A stretch of DNA of 64,000 nucleotides from Callorhinchus milii. Lineage: Eukaryota. Position numbers and translations under genes: made by a program. The first letter of the stretch is position 1, and each line of letters starts with the position of its first letter. This document shows, piece by piece, positions 47,580 to 59,010 of this stretch. The stretch covers positions 38,690,001 to 38,754,000 of the forward strand of contig NW_024704743.1 of assembly GCF_018977255.1 (NCBI RefSeq), given 5' to 3'. The notes beneath the pieces are model-generated. The model saw only the letters and a list, made by a program, of their open reading frames with translations. It was not told the DNA's origin and did not search any database.

Positions 47580-48477
47580 TTGTACGCACATTTAATGTTG
47601 TATGTGTCTTACGTTACCTATTCATTTGCAATCTCGGAAATTATGATTCTGATCTGTCTTGATTTTTACAACAGTCAGATGAGGAGGGAATCTGCATTTT
47701 AGAAGTTTTGCTTTCACAGTGACCCAGAGAGATTCTGTCTCTCCCACACAAACAACTCTGTTCTGATTGAAGCCATGCACATTTTGTGGGTCCATATCAA
47801 CATCCCAAAAATGATTAGAAATTCCTCGGGTTGAAGTTAATTGGTACAGGATAATTCAGATTGATACATTTGGTCCAATTACAGTGTATGCCTATTGCCA
47901 AACTTCTGTATGTTGCAAGTGCTACCAAGCCACAATTAGACTTATTTTAGTGTGGCATTTCTAAAATATTTGAGACTTTAAACAAATCATAGACTTTGCC
48001 ACAGTGCACATCTTCTAGACTGAAGACAAATTGAACACCGAAGTCTAGGATTAATAAGTAAACCCATTAATTGTTAGTGTAAAGTTAACAATTACACACT
48101 TTTGCGATCTTGTAATGTGCTTATTCACTGGGTATAATGAATATTTTGTCATACATTTTTAATGGGATCTCCCACTATAAGGACATGACAAATTTACTGA
48201 AGGTACAAGTGACTACAAGCTAACTCTAATATTTTATGTCACTAATGTTCATCAATCTTCAAAATGATAACATTTCAGTTCTGCACACGGACCACATGGT
48301 GATAATTCTTGGTCATCCATCTTTGGTCCAATTAACCAGTGAAACTAAGTAATCTTTTGCAGCATGAATGCAACCAGGGATCAGATTCAAGCAATGCCAG
48401 TAAAGAATTTTTCCCGAAATGATCTTGTAATATCTAACAGATGCAGTAATGTATCCTTTACTACCACAATGTTAAAT

Positions 48478-48665
48478 GTCAACAATAACAACTTGCATTT
48501 ATGCAGTGCCTTTCATGCAGGATAATGGCTCGTTGCAAAAAGTAAGGGGGAAGGGGGAAGTGACCAAAGGCATGGTCAGAGAGAGATTTTCAGGTAGGAT
48601 TTAAAGACAGATAGAGATAGCATGAGATGGAGGAGTAGAGGGAGGGAGCTCCAAAGGCTAGGGAT
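48478..48665 (-). mobile_element. Old L2 3' fragment
   Basis: caacaataacaacttgcattt...aaggcatggtcagagag. Confidence 0.65.
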
Positions 48666-48727
48666 GTAGTAAATAAGGGCTCAGTCATTGAACTGGGTAA
48701 GGAATTACTTTCTGATGTCTGTCCTTA

Positions 48728-49032
48728 AAGCTCAGTGGTTAGAGCACTCGCCTTGCAAGCGAGATACCTGGTCTCAATTCCAGACGGGGCGAAACCTTGG
48801 GCAAGTTTTTTACTCCACATGCCTAATAATAATCCCTCCAAAAAAACAAAAAAAAATAATAAATTGGTCATTTTCAATCCACGACTGTTTGTGGGACACT
48901 GCTATACGCAATTGGCTGCCACTTTTCACCCACAAATATACGGTCAACTCACTTTACATTCTATTCTGTGAAGCGCTTTGAAATGTCGAGAAGACGTGAA
49001 AAGCGCTATATCAAATGCAAGGATTATTATTA
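48728..49032 (+). mobile_element. SINE family A short form
   Basis: agctcagtggttagagc head, short-form junction catgcctaataat, tail. Confidence 0.9.
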
Positions 49033-49745
49033 AATTGCCTTTTGCAACTTTAGACCTATATTCTCTGGGTTTATTGGCGATATATCTGAAAGGGTTGTTC
49101 CGGGTTTACCTTTTCAATCCGATTTATAAGGCTCCCTCTGAGATGTTTCCTTTTAATATTGAAGAACCTTAGCTTGTCTAATCATTGATCTTTGCTCATT
49201 GCACTTACACTGGAAGTTACCCTTGTTGCTTTTCTCTGCTCTACCTCTAGGGCCTGGGGTTATGTTACAACGACCAAAACTGTATGAAATACAGGTGTGG
49301 CCTGACCAGAGCACTATATGGTTTGAGTATGATGCCCAAGGTTCTGAACTCAACTGATGTGCCAATATAGCCTAGTATCCTGATTGCTTTTTTTTTATTG
49401 CTGCCTCACACTGCTTTGACACGGTGAGTCAACTAACAGCCCTAAATCTCTTTCAGCTTCTCTCACGGCAAGTTCTATTCCCTCCATGGAATATGTGTGT
49501 TTTGTATTCTTACTTACTATATCTAGTACCTTACATTTATTTGTATTCTATTTAATTTGGCAATTATCAGCCCATGGTCATACCGCATTGATCTCTATAA
49601 AACTTTTACTGCCTCCTCTGATACCCTCCAACTTGGAGCAAATTTAACTATTTTACACAATCCAGGTTGGATTCAGGTCATTAATATACAAAGGAACAGG
49701 AGGGATCCCAGTACAGACCCCTGAGGCACCCATTTTCACCTCACC
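49033..49745 (-). mobile_element. CR1 RT fragment (inverted 5' segment)
   Basis: Minus strand gtgcctcaggggtctgtactgggatccctcctgttc...attaatgacctg ([11 protein letters not shown]...INDL) runs to gttgcaaaaggcaattta. Confidence 0.8.
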
Positions 49746-49749
49746 GTCA

Positions 49750-50110
49750 GAATTGCAAAGGGCAGTTTCAGGACAGACACCAAAAAACATTTGAAATCGA
49801 AACAGAAGTCGCTGAGAACACTCATCAGGTCGGGCATATATGGAGAGAGGAAAGTGAGTTAACTTTTCAGGTTGATGGCCTTTCGAAGCGACTTCTGTTT
49901 TTATTTCAGATTTCCGGCATCTGCAGTATTTTGCCTTTTACCAAAAAGCATTTGTTTACCCAGATTAATCAATAACTGAAACAAGTTATATGGCCAGGTG
50001 ATTGAACCAGGACACTAGACTTATTTAAGAAATAGCTTTATGATGTAATGGGAGGTTGGTAGAGTGGATATTTTGAGATCAAATGGGCCCAAAGGCCTTA
50101 GTCATTCGTG
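49750..50110 (+). mobile_element. CR1 3' segment, interrupted by a PLE mini-insert
   Basis: ttgcaaagggcagtttcaggacagacacc...tttacccag...aatgggcccaaaggcct. Confidence 0.75.
49794..49939. mobile_element. PLE-derived 146-bp insert (inverted terminal-repeat piece plus direct 3' tail)
   Basis: 15-bp TSD accaaaaa(a/g)catttg; the minus part is homologous to 39957-40050; internal inverted repeat aacagaagtcgct / agcgacttctgtt. Confidence 0.85.
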
Positions 50111-50142
50111 TGTGTGCACACGTGAAAATCTGATTACATCAA

Positions 50143-50337
50143 TGCAAGTGAGGAGACCCGGATTCAGTACTGGGGCAGGGCGAAACCTTAAGCAAGGTTC
50201 CTTACTCCACACGCCTCTGTATACCTAGCAGTAAGTAGGAATCCTGTTGATAGTCGATTGGCGGATTGCTTTCCATGGATAATAATCCCTTCAAAGAAAA
50301 GATAATAATAAATTGGTCACTCAAGCTATTATTATTA
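50143..50337 (+). mobile_element. SINE family A long form, partial
   Basis: tgcaagtgaggagacccgg...ccttactccacacgcctctgt...aaattggtcactca. Confidence 0.85.
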
Positions 50338-51190
50338 AAAGAAGGGAAAAGAAGTAAAATAATACATTTGTCTGACTTACATAAAGGCGCATTTAAAACA
50401 TCTGCAGAAAACTGCTCTTGTGTCACCCTTTCAGCTTGGTGCAAAAAGCTGGATATTGTGTAAGCTTCACTTACACTGAGTTAACATTCTCTATCAAACA
50501 CCTTTCAACTTTCATAGAGAAATTGTAGAGGATCCTGCTAATTCAGCCAGACTGCTGAAAGGGCGTGACGACTGTTCTCAGTCACCCAATGACTAGACAT
50601 TTCAGAGTGGCTGTAACTTGGAAAGCTTGTAGTCGACTACTATGGTCTCACGGGGAATTAGGTTAGGAGGCTATCGTCTGGAGCCTGAGGCAGCTGCTTT
50701 GTTCAAATTAGGTACCAGTATTCTGTTTCTTTCAGACACACCTGTTACTTTTCAGAGAAAGGAAATTGCCTTTGAAGACATCCTTCAGTTACGACTGTCT
50801 CTGTGTTTCCAAATAATATACCACCAGGAATGTGTCAGTGAATTCCAGTGAAATGAGTGCCAACCTCAGCACCATGCGTGGGAACCAGTCAGAAAAAAAG
50901 AATATAAATAAATCATAACTAAAGTTACCCAGACAATAACAAGTATTATTGCCATGCAGAGGAAACCTTACATTTTTAAATTACATTTGGGAAAATTTAG
51001 ATTGAGATGCAGTTAAATCTTTAGAGATAAGGATGACATTCATATATTGAAGGAGCATTTTTGTGTTTATGTCTGTTGTGTAAATATAATCCCATTTATA
51101 AATTGGAGTCTAATTTGTGATAGTCATGAAAGGGGTGTTTTCATGGTCAACCGAGTAGCTGGCACATATGGACACTGCTGTATGCTGTTC

Positions 51191-51415
51191 TGGCCTGAAA
51201 TTCCATCTAATCTTGGTCTTTAATACTATTTTGTCTTAAAATATTAATGGAAATTCTTAAATTCAATCACAATTTTGAATCTGATTTATGTTTAAGAACT
51301 GCAGAAAAACAGCTTCTAAATTAAGACTGAATTTTAAGAATTTTCCACAATTCTATTTAGTCTTAAATTTTAAAAATGGTCTTAAAGTGTAAGGCAATGT
51401 GGAATTTCATGCCCA
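51191..51415. mobile_element. MITE-like non-autonomous DNA transposon
   Basis: Terminal inverted repeat ggcctgaaattcca / tggaatttcatgcc (13 of 14 match) around an AT-rich interior. Confidence 0.6.
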
Positions 51416-53254
51416 TACAGCAATTCAACAGCACATTAATCCTGCTTGTTTCTAAAGCATGTTTGCAAAAGTGAACAAATGAACAAATGTTATTAAAGGT
51501 ACCATAATTTCCCTGGGAATTTTTAACAGCCATAAGAGGAAACCAAAAAACTTGTTGGTGAGGTAGGAGTTTGGTGGGGTAGGAGTTGTCAACTGCTTTC
51601 AGGCACTCAGTACCCAACAATGTACACACAAAAGTCAATGCTACAAGTTATGTCTGTCCTCCCCTGTAGAGAAATATGTCCTTAGTGTGGTGATTTTAAG
51701 CATGCATACTTAGAACAAGAACATCTCAAAAGAAGTGCACATTGTCAAACACCAACACCAAGTGGCAAGAGGTACATCACCCTTATGATGTTCCTTATTG
51801 ACTAGATTCATTCAATTATTGCAATTACATGCAAGTACTGCAACTGCAATTACTGTGGGGGGACCTTTATTTTTAACAATACTTTACTCCAACCAACCTT
51901 TATTCTTGGCATGACTGAATAGAATTATAGTAGTTTCCTTTGAAAGGTGGCATTGAGCCAAACAATATGAATGTTAGGACACAGGGTAAAACAAAGTTTG
52001 GTTAAATACCTGGTGCCTCTTGTCAGATATTACTGGTGCACTGTGCCTCGAAGGGTTCAGACATTAATCTGCATCCATAGTTTTTCTCCTCAGTAAGTTC
52101 CTCGTCTTCAATGATGGGTATCTGTCAAGTGGAGGGAAGATAGGGGAAAGGCAAACTACACTATTTCCTTACAGGCAGGGAGTGAAAAACAGAGGGCAAA
52201 TATAATCAGAGCACAGTGTTGAATACTCCTTTAAGAGTAAATTGATAATTAATAAAAGGACAATAAGGAGAAGGCAGGAAGTACAAAAGAACATGGAGAG
52301 TGTAACAAGGTGTGTGGTTTAGAATGGTGAACTTTTGAGAGTTTGGATTGACAAATAAAGAAGCTTACTAACACACCCTTGATTTGGATTGAGTTATATT
52401 ACACAGTGCATTGCAAGAGGCCTGGGAACATGTTTCAAGCCTGTGCTCTTGGCTGAGGGATGGCACATGCCAGTGGGAGACCTACATAGGAGAATAAATA
52501 CAGTTTAATGTAGTTATGCAAACAATTACAATAAAATCCATTGGCAATTGGAGCTCTTCCAAAAACTGGTTGTAAATTACTAAGGGGAAAAAAATACTAA
52601 GTGGATGTTTCATTTATACCAGAGCATCTCATAAGCATTTAAGAGAGAAACAAAAATCTGTTTTGTAAGCAGCTTGTTTCTGACAACATAATGTGAAGTG
52701 TGTGTATTTTACGCATGTAGGCCAAATTTACACTGAACTTGAGGCGTTTCACTGAAACTGTTTGTTAAAACACTAGGAATGGAGACTGTGGGAATTTTTG
52801 CACAGGATATCATACAGCTTGTCATTGTTTTGTATGGATGCAGAACCTATAAACAATTATAACATGAAACCTCATCACAGTGCTGTTAAAGTACACAGTA
52901 TCTCATTAACATGGAGTAGGTTATTAATCAACACATTGGAAAAAAAAGCTTGTTGGAAAATGTACAAGCCAAAAGGGAGATGTGTTATTTGTTATCTGGA
53001 GATGGGTTGCAATTGATTATGAAATGGCAGCTAATAAGAGTAGCTGTGAAAGACATACGGGGGTGGAGGCAGGCGAACTAACTATCTGATGGCCGAATGC
53101 CAATGACAGCAATAATGGGGGCTACATTTCAGGAGCAGCTCAAGAAATTACAATTGGAATCCTGGCTGCACTGTGGCCGACCCTCAGCTGTGACACATCC
53201 AGGATTCACTTAATACAAATCCCTTTTTCAACTCCCACAATTTAGATCCTCAAT

Positions 53255-53572
53255 TTCGTCCTATCCTCCTGACGGCTCCTTCAGCTAACACCAACCTGCT
53301 GCATGCCTCCCTCCCTATGTACCCCATCATCGATAGCGAGCTTTGAGCGACTCTGCCCCCGCTCTGTGGAACTCCATACTGGAATCACTCTCCCCTCCAC
53401 CTTTAAAGTCTTAAGACCCATTCTTGCATTTGCACTTTCGATCACTTTTCCTCCCCCCACCCTCCCCAACCGCCAGCTCAGGCATGGAGTTGGCTGTGTA
53501 AAGCACTTTGAGAATTCATCCTGTCGTGAAAGCCCTAGATTAATGTATATAAATGTATATTAATGTTGTTGT
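53255..53572 (+). mobile_element. Old L2 3' fragment
   Basis: ctctgccccgctctgtggaactccat...aagcactttgag...ataaatg...tgttgttg. Confidence 0.7.
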
Positions 53573-53689
53573 ATAACATAATTTCTCCAATGTATTATGT
53601 CACAGAATAGTAGAACATGGGGTCCTATATGGTAGGTCAACCTTTGGGGTACAGTAAGTGGGAAAGAAAAGGGGGCTCTCTACCTTAAA

Positions 53690-53866
53690 CCCTCTCTCTT
53701 ACTTCTCTTTGCCCGTTTCACACTGAACGCGAAGAATTCCCTCTTCGACCATGAGAATCATCTCCCATTTCTCCCCTGCTCAGCTTCAAACTACACCATT
53801 GTTAAGTGTACCAAATTGCCACCCTGCATGAAGGGTGCTATATAAGTCCAAGTTGTTGTTTTGTTG
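53690..53866 (+). mobile_element. Old L2 3' fragment
   Basis: ctcttcgaccatg...gaagggtgctatataagtccaagttgttgtt. Confidence 0.6.
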
Positions 53867-54328
53867 TCTGTATAAAGATATTCAACGGGAGGATAGGTGC
53901 TGGGTCACAGGATAAGAAAATAGATTGAAAAAATCATATTGTGCAGCACAGCAAGATCAAGAGCAGCATTGACAGAGAGTGGAAAGTAGATCATTTGGGT
54001 GTTCTCGAGACCTTTCTCCAATGAATTATCCATGGAAGTAACTGGAGGAGAAACCAAAATAAAGTATGGGGAGAAAAATAAAGTTAAAAGAAAGTAAAAT
54101 AAAATACAAATTGGATGTAAGTTTTACGAATTTTTAAAGAAAGTAATCACAGCAGAGCCACACACACAAAAAAATCTGTTTAAATCCTAAACTATAAAAA
54201 ATAACTCACCCCTAATAATTTATGGAATAAACCTCCTAAATCCAATGCGCCTTGGCCCAGAGTCATTAGTTACATACGTTTCCCGTCAAACGCTGGTGGC
54301 TTCTAGTATCAGTACAATGATATGTATT

Positions 54329-54728
54329 TGTGGAGTCCTGCAGCATATTGTTTAGAATATTTGCTTCCAAGCGAGAGGACACTGGGTTTGATGCCCGGGC
54401 AGGGCAAAACGTTAGGCAAGTTTCCTTACTCCACACGCCTCTGTTTAGTTGATTGGTGGATTGCTTTTCCGGGGGTATTAATAATTTGGTCACTCAATCC
54501 AGGACTCAAGGCCAGCGCCTTGGGACGTCCTCCTGACGTGAAAGGCGCTTTATAAATGGAATCTTGTTGTTGTTGTTGTTGTTGACTGTTTGTGGCAGCA
54601 ATACTGTGTTTCGCCCACAAAATGTACAGTTAATTCACTTTATAGTATATTCTGTGAAGCGCTTTGAGACGTCTTGAAGTCGTGATAAGATGCTATACAA
54701 ATGCAAGATTATTAAGGATTATTGTTAT
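54329..54728 (+). mobile_element. SINE family A long form carrying an L2 tail insert
   Basis: Head gtggagtcctgcagc; body split at gact. Confidence 0.88.
54513..54583 (+). mobile_element. 71-bp young L2 3' end (stem-loop and tail only)
   Basis: Identical to the 3' end of the 13.7-kb L2; TSD gact (54503-06, 54584-87). Confidence 0.92.
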
Positions 54729-54756
54729 GAAGGATGCCTCGCAATGCACTGTTAAT

Positions 54757-54980
54757 AATGTGGTGTCGTTGGTAGTATTTCTTAATGGAATTGCTTAATA
54801 AGGAACCCAATTTGTGCAATTATTTGTCCAGTAACCAGACATCATGCCAACCTATGGGAATGCTCTTCTTAGTGATCCACTTGGCGAGTGGAGTTCCCAT
54901 AATTTAACTGGAATTCTGCTGGGGTTCCTTATTAAAGAATTTTATTAAGTTATTTCACAAAGAGTTCCATATAACACATT
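54757..54980. mobile_element. Palindromic MITE-like element
   Basis: Inverted arms ttaataaggaaccc / gggttccttattaa, inner tatgggaa / ttcccata, outer aatgtg / cacatt. Confidence 0.6.
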
Positions 54981-55947
54981 TTTTTAATGAAACGCTGTGC
55001 CACAAATTAGATCCCCAGTACATTTTTTAAAAATGTGAACAGCACTATTACAGTATATGCACAGTTGTAATTGTGGTAATAAGATTAATTTGGAAAATAG
55101 CCTAGACTTCCCCTCTGAGACATGTCTGACTCACTGTACACAAACCAGGCTGCAACCCCATCTGAATTCAAGCAAGAGCAGGGAGTAGGAAGTTTGTTGC
55201 ACATTTTAGCACACACATAATTTTAAATGAAGCAAAACTTATTAAAATGATGAAAGGTGAACAAGCATATCATACAGCACTGAATCCAAAATAACAGCAT
55301 GTCTTTTTTTTTACTTCATTATTGCATTTAAATTATATATTGCACTCAGCACCTTGTGCCTTCTCCCGTTGTGAAAGGCACTTTATAAATATAATTTGTT
55401 GTTCTTGTTGCATTTACTGTTAAGAATTAAAAATAGCCACATTTACTTGCCTTGATCCTCACAGCAGCGACTCCAAAACAGAATGGAGGAAGGTATTGAG
55501 GCTGAGTACAATTCTGCCCTAAGTCTGGTGTGGGTTTATAATGGTTTGATGCAGAGCAATGCCCTCTCTTTGTCAGATCCATAATATATTCTTAAGTTTG
55601 TTCTAGAAAGCACGGTAAAAGTACAGTAATACCATGATCTTAAATTCTTAATCTTTGTAGTAAAGTCAATGCATAAATAATGCAGTGTCTACATCAATAT
55701 ACACGTATTTGAGTTGTTGCACAGCTTTAGCATTCTATTCTCTGGGCCACCTCGCTTTGCGTGAATTTTGTTGTGCTGAACCATCGTATTAGAGGGATTT
55801 GAACGAGATGCAAACCCTCTTTTAATGTATTTAAATGAGTCACACTGAGCAGCAAACAGGAAGCCTCAAGACTGGAGGCTTTGAATATGATGGCAGTATC
55901 TCCAGAATTAGCAAGGGTGAGCTCTCAAGTGAGGGGAACGCTCTTTG

Positions 55948-56368
55948 TGTTTCAGCCTGGCTTAGTTGGTAGCACTCTGAATCAGTAGATTGAAAGCTCA
56001 AGTTCCTGGTCGGGACTTTGAATTCATAGTCTCCAGTATCCACACTCCAGTACAGTGCTGAGGGAGCGCTATATTGTTGGAGATGCCATTCTTAGGATGA
56101 GATGTTAAACCGAGATCCTGTCTGCCTGTTCAGGTGGACTTTAAAGATCTCAAGGCACTAAACAAAAAAGAAGGGAGTTTCTCCCAATGTTCTAGTCACA
56201 AATCCCTCAAATAAAATTGTTCATTTACTTCATGGCTGTTTGTGGTATATTGCTGTGTGCAAGTTTGCTGCCATGTTCGCCTAAAAATATACACTTAACC
56301 CTATAGGCTGTGAAGCGCTTTTAGAGCCCTCCATACGTGAAAGGTGAAATAAAGGATTATTATTATTT
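55948..56368 (+). mobile_element. SINE family B, near full length
   Basis: Head tggcttagttggtagcactc, full Deu-type core, tail. Confidence 0.9.
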
Positions 56369-56373
56369 TAAAG

Positions 56374-56755
56374 CCGGGATCAGCAGATCTCTGGGGGTGG
56401 TGGTGGGGGGCGGGGGGCACAAGATCTTTCCAGGGGGGCGGTAGAGCCGGAAGATTCACCAGAAGCGCCAACGCTATACAATACAATACAAAATTACATT
56501 TGTATAGCGCCTTTCACGTCGGGAGCTATAGAAGCCTTGTTGGATTATGGAAGCCCGTGCCACCCGATGAGGGGATGAGAAAGACTGTTCCTATGGTTCC
56601 TGTGCAAAGTACTTAAGGGCTGCCTTTTGTGGAGATTGTGGGGGAGGGAAGGCTCGCTGCTCCATAGAAAGCCCACGCAGTCCGAGTGGGACGATCTTCA
56701 GTCAGGATATTTAATGGGCTGGGGGCCTTGAGCCCAGAAAGTTTGGAAACCTCTG
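56374..56755. mobile_element. hAT (Charlie-like) non-autonomous element containing an L2 tail (about 56476-56525, minus strand)
   Basis: Exact 8-bp flanking duplication ttttaaag (56366-73, 56756-63); right end aaagtttggaaacctctg; left TIR diverged. Confidence 0.55.
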
Positions 56756-57214
56756 TTTTAAAGAACAAGACTGGAGTTACTGACTAAGGGACAAAACCAG
56801 ATTCCTTGGTACAGGCATTTGGAATGCAAAATCTCATGTGGTTTCCAAATTCTAGGCAGATGTTGCAACAGCAGAAAAATAAGTGACTCCAGTGATATAA
56901 AGCAGGAGGGAAGTGGAGTGTTATGTGCAAAGTATAATGTCCTGAAGCACTCCTGCACTTGCAAAGAAATCCGCCACTTCCATTATTACCAGCATCTCAG
57001 CAAGGACCCCAATAAACACCAAGCCAGCCAGGCAACCTTCGAATGTGAATCCAGACATTGTTCATACACTATTGCTGGGATAATTAATGAAGGCTTTATG
57101 AACTAGATACAGATTTGGGGTTGAACATCTCCCCTGACTTTAGGAGAATGGCTTTTCACTCCAAGCCTTTTAATATCAAACATGTCCTGATTATGTTTTA
57201 ATTTTTAATATTAA

Positions 57215-57590
57215 TCCCTACATTTTATGATTTTATGTAGCACCTTATCCCATCATTGAATTGTCTCAAAGAACTTCATAGGATTTTACCGTGATATGTG
57301 GTGACTGTTGTAGGCAAACTTCGGCTGTCAATTTGAGCACAGCAATGTCCCACAAACAGCCATGAAGTGAATGACCAATTTTATCTGGATTGTTAGAAAA
57401 ATAGGAAATCAGGAATTCCATTGAGCCTGTTCTACCCTTGTAATGGATCCTTCTACCAAGGGAAAGTTATCCGCTATCTAACCTGCCAATTCCTTTCATT
57501 ATTTTAAATAGCTTAATCAAATCACCAGTTAAAACTCCTGCTCTAAGGAGTATAAATTCAGTCTGCCAGGCTTCTCATCATAGCTAATGT
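57215..57590 (-). mobile_element. SINE B fragment (57215-57390) and CR1 remnant (57405-57590)
   Basis: agcaatgtcccacaaacagccatgaagtg; aaatcacc...ctgctctaaggag...ttctcatcatagct. Confidence 0.6.
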
Positions 57591-58204
57591 TGAAGATTAA
57601 ATAATTTAGACGGAGTGTGGTTTAGTTCGCATGAAGATAGGGTAATGTAATGAGAGAGTTCCCTCAAGAGAAAAGACAGGAGAGAATTTAATGTGTTCCT
57701 GATGAAGGAAGCAATTTGTTCTTTCATAGCCATTCAAGCAGCTTTTTAACTTTAAATTATTCTTTTTTTAAACAAAAATAGCCAGTATTTGGCAAAGAGC
57801 ATGATAGGGTAATGTAACAAGAGAGTTTCAGAGAGGGAATAGACAGATGAAAGCTCTCTAACATGTTCCTGATCAGTCATATCAGGGAAGGCAGACTTCA
57901 CAGCATTCCACAACTATCTAGAGCTGTATGGTTCTCTTGAGCTACTGACAAACTGTACTCCAGTGTTAGCCTTGAGAATAATCCGTTAGAAAATTCAGGA
58001 GGAAGGGGGGAGAGGAGGAGGAAAAGCACTGAATTTCTGTCTCTAAATGGGATTGAAGGCAATATTTATCAATGTAACTAATGAAATACTCTGTAGGACT
58101 CCGGCTAGAAATGTGCCATGCCACTGGTCAGGATGGAATGAAGTGAGATTCAGTGCCAGACAGTGTGGTGCTGGGTAAATTTGGGTTTGAAGAAACAAAA
58201 TGGA

Positions 58205-58543
58205 GTGGAGTCCTGTAGCTCAGTGGAGTCCTGTAGCTCAGTGATTAGAGCACTCGCTTTGCAAGTGAGAGACCTGAGTTCAATTCCAGGCAGAGGGCGA
58301 AACCTTGGGCAAGTTTCCTTACTCCACACACCTAATAATAATCCCTCCAAAAAAACCAAAAACAATAATAAATTGGTCATTTTCAATCTACGACTGTTTG
58401 TGGGACATTGCTGTGCGCAATTGACTGCCGCGTTCGCCCACAAATATACAGTCAATTCACTTTACAGTATATTCTGTGAAGCGCTTTGGGACGTCCTCCC
58501 GACGTGAAAAGCGCTATATCAAATGCAAGGATTATTATTATTA
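58205..58543 (+). mobile_element. SINE family A short form, full length, with an 18-bp head duplication
   Basis: gtggagtcctgtagctca occurs twice; otherwise near-identical to 35342-35668. Confidence 0.95.
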
Positions 58544-58549
58544 TAAAAT

Positions 58550-58740
58550 CAGAGCTTGAAGCCATGAAAAAAGACTTTTCAGAGGGTACCCTACAGAGGT
58601 ACATAAGATTTTAAATTGAGATTAAATTAGGATTGAGAAAGTAAATGCAGAACGATACTCTCGGATGCACTAAGGCAGTAGCACATGTGGATGTAAGTTT
58701 AGGGTTGCAAAGGGCAATTTCAGAATAGACACTGGGACTT
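58550..58740 (+). mobile_element. CR1 ORF2 fragment
   Basis: ggattgagaaagtaaatgcagaac...gttgcaaagggcaatttcagaatagacac. Confidence 0.65.
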
Positions 58741-58896
58741 TTTATTAATATTATTAATAACTCCAACGCATACACAGAAAATATAATTGAATTAACTTCA
58801 GGAAAATATGAGAAGTATATCTTCTCAAGGGTTGACGAGTTCGTTTTGCCCCACAGATAATTTTTGAAGGGCTAAGATATTCAAGTTCAGCTTTTA

Positions 58897-59010
58897 TAAT
58901 AATAATAACAATAATCCTTGCATTTGACATAGGGCCTTATGACGTCATTGAGACGTCTCAAGCACAGAATATATTGCAAAGCGGAGTGACTGTATTTGTG
59001 GGCGAAACGC
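58897..59010 (-). mobile_element. SINE A 3' fragment
   Basis: aataatccttgcatttgac...gagacgtctcaag. Confidence 0.75.

Noticed and set aside
56819..57106. 95-aa Cys/His-rich ORF as a zinc-binding protein exon
   Set aside because: It has no recognisable motif spacing or convincing splice sites, and its length is within chance expectation.
58163..58507. Recurring small ORFs such as MESCSSV...[14 protein letters not shown] and poly-Ile ORFs
   Set aside because: These are translations of SINE A and (ATT)n tails; the recurrence reflects repeat copy number.
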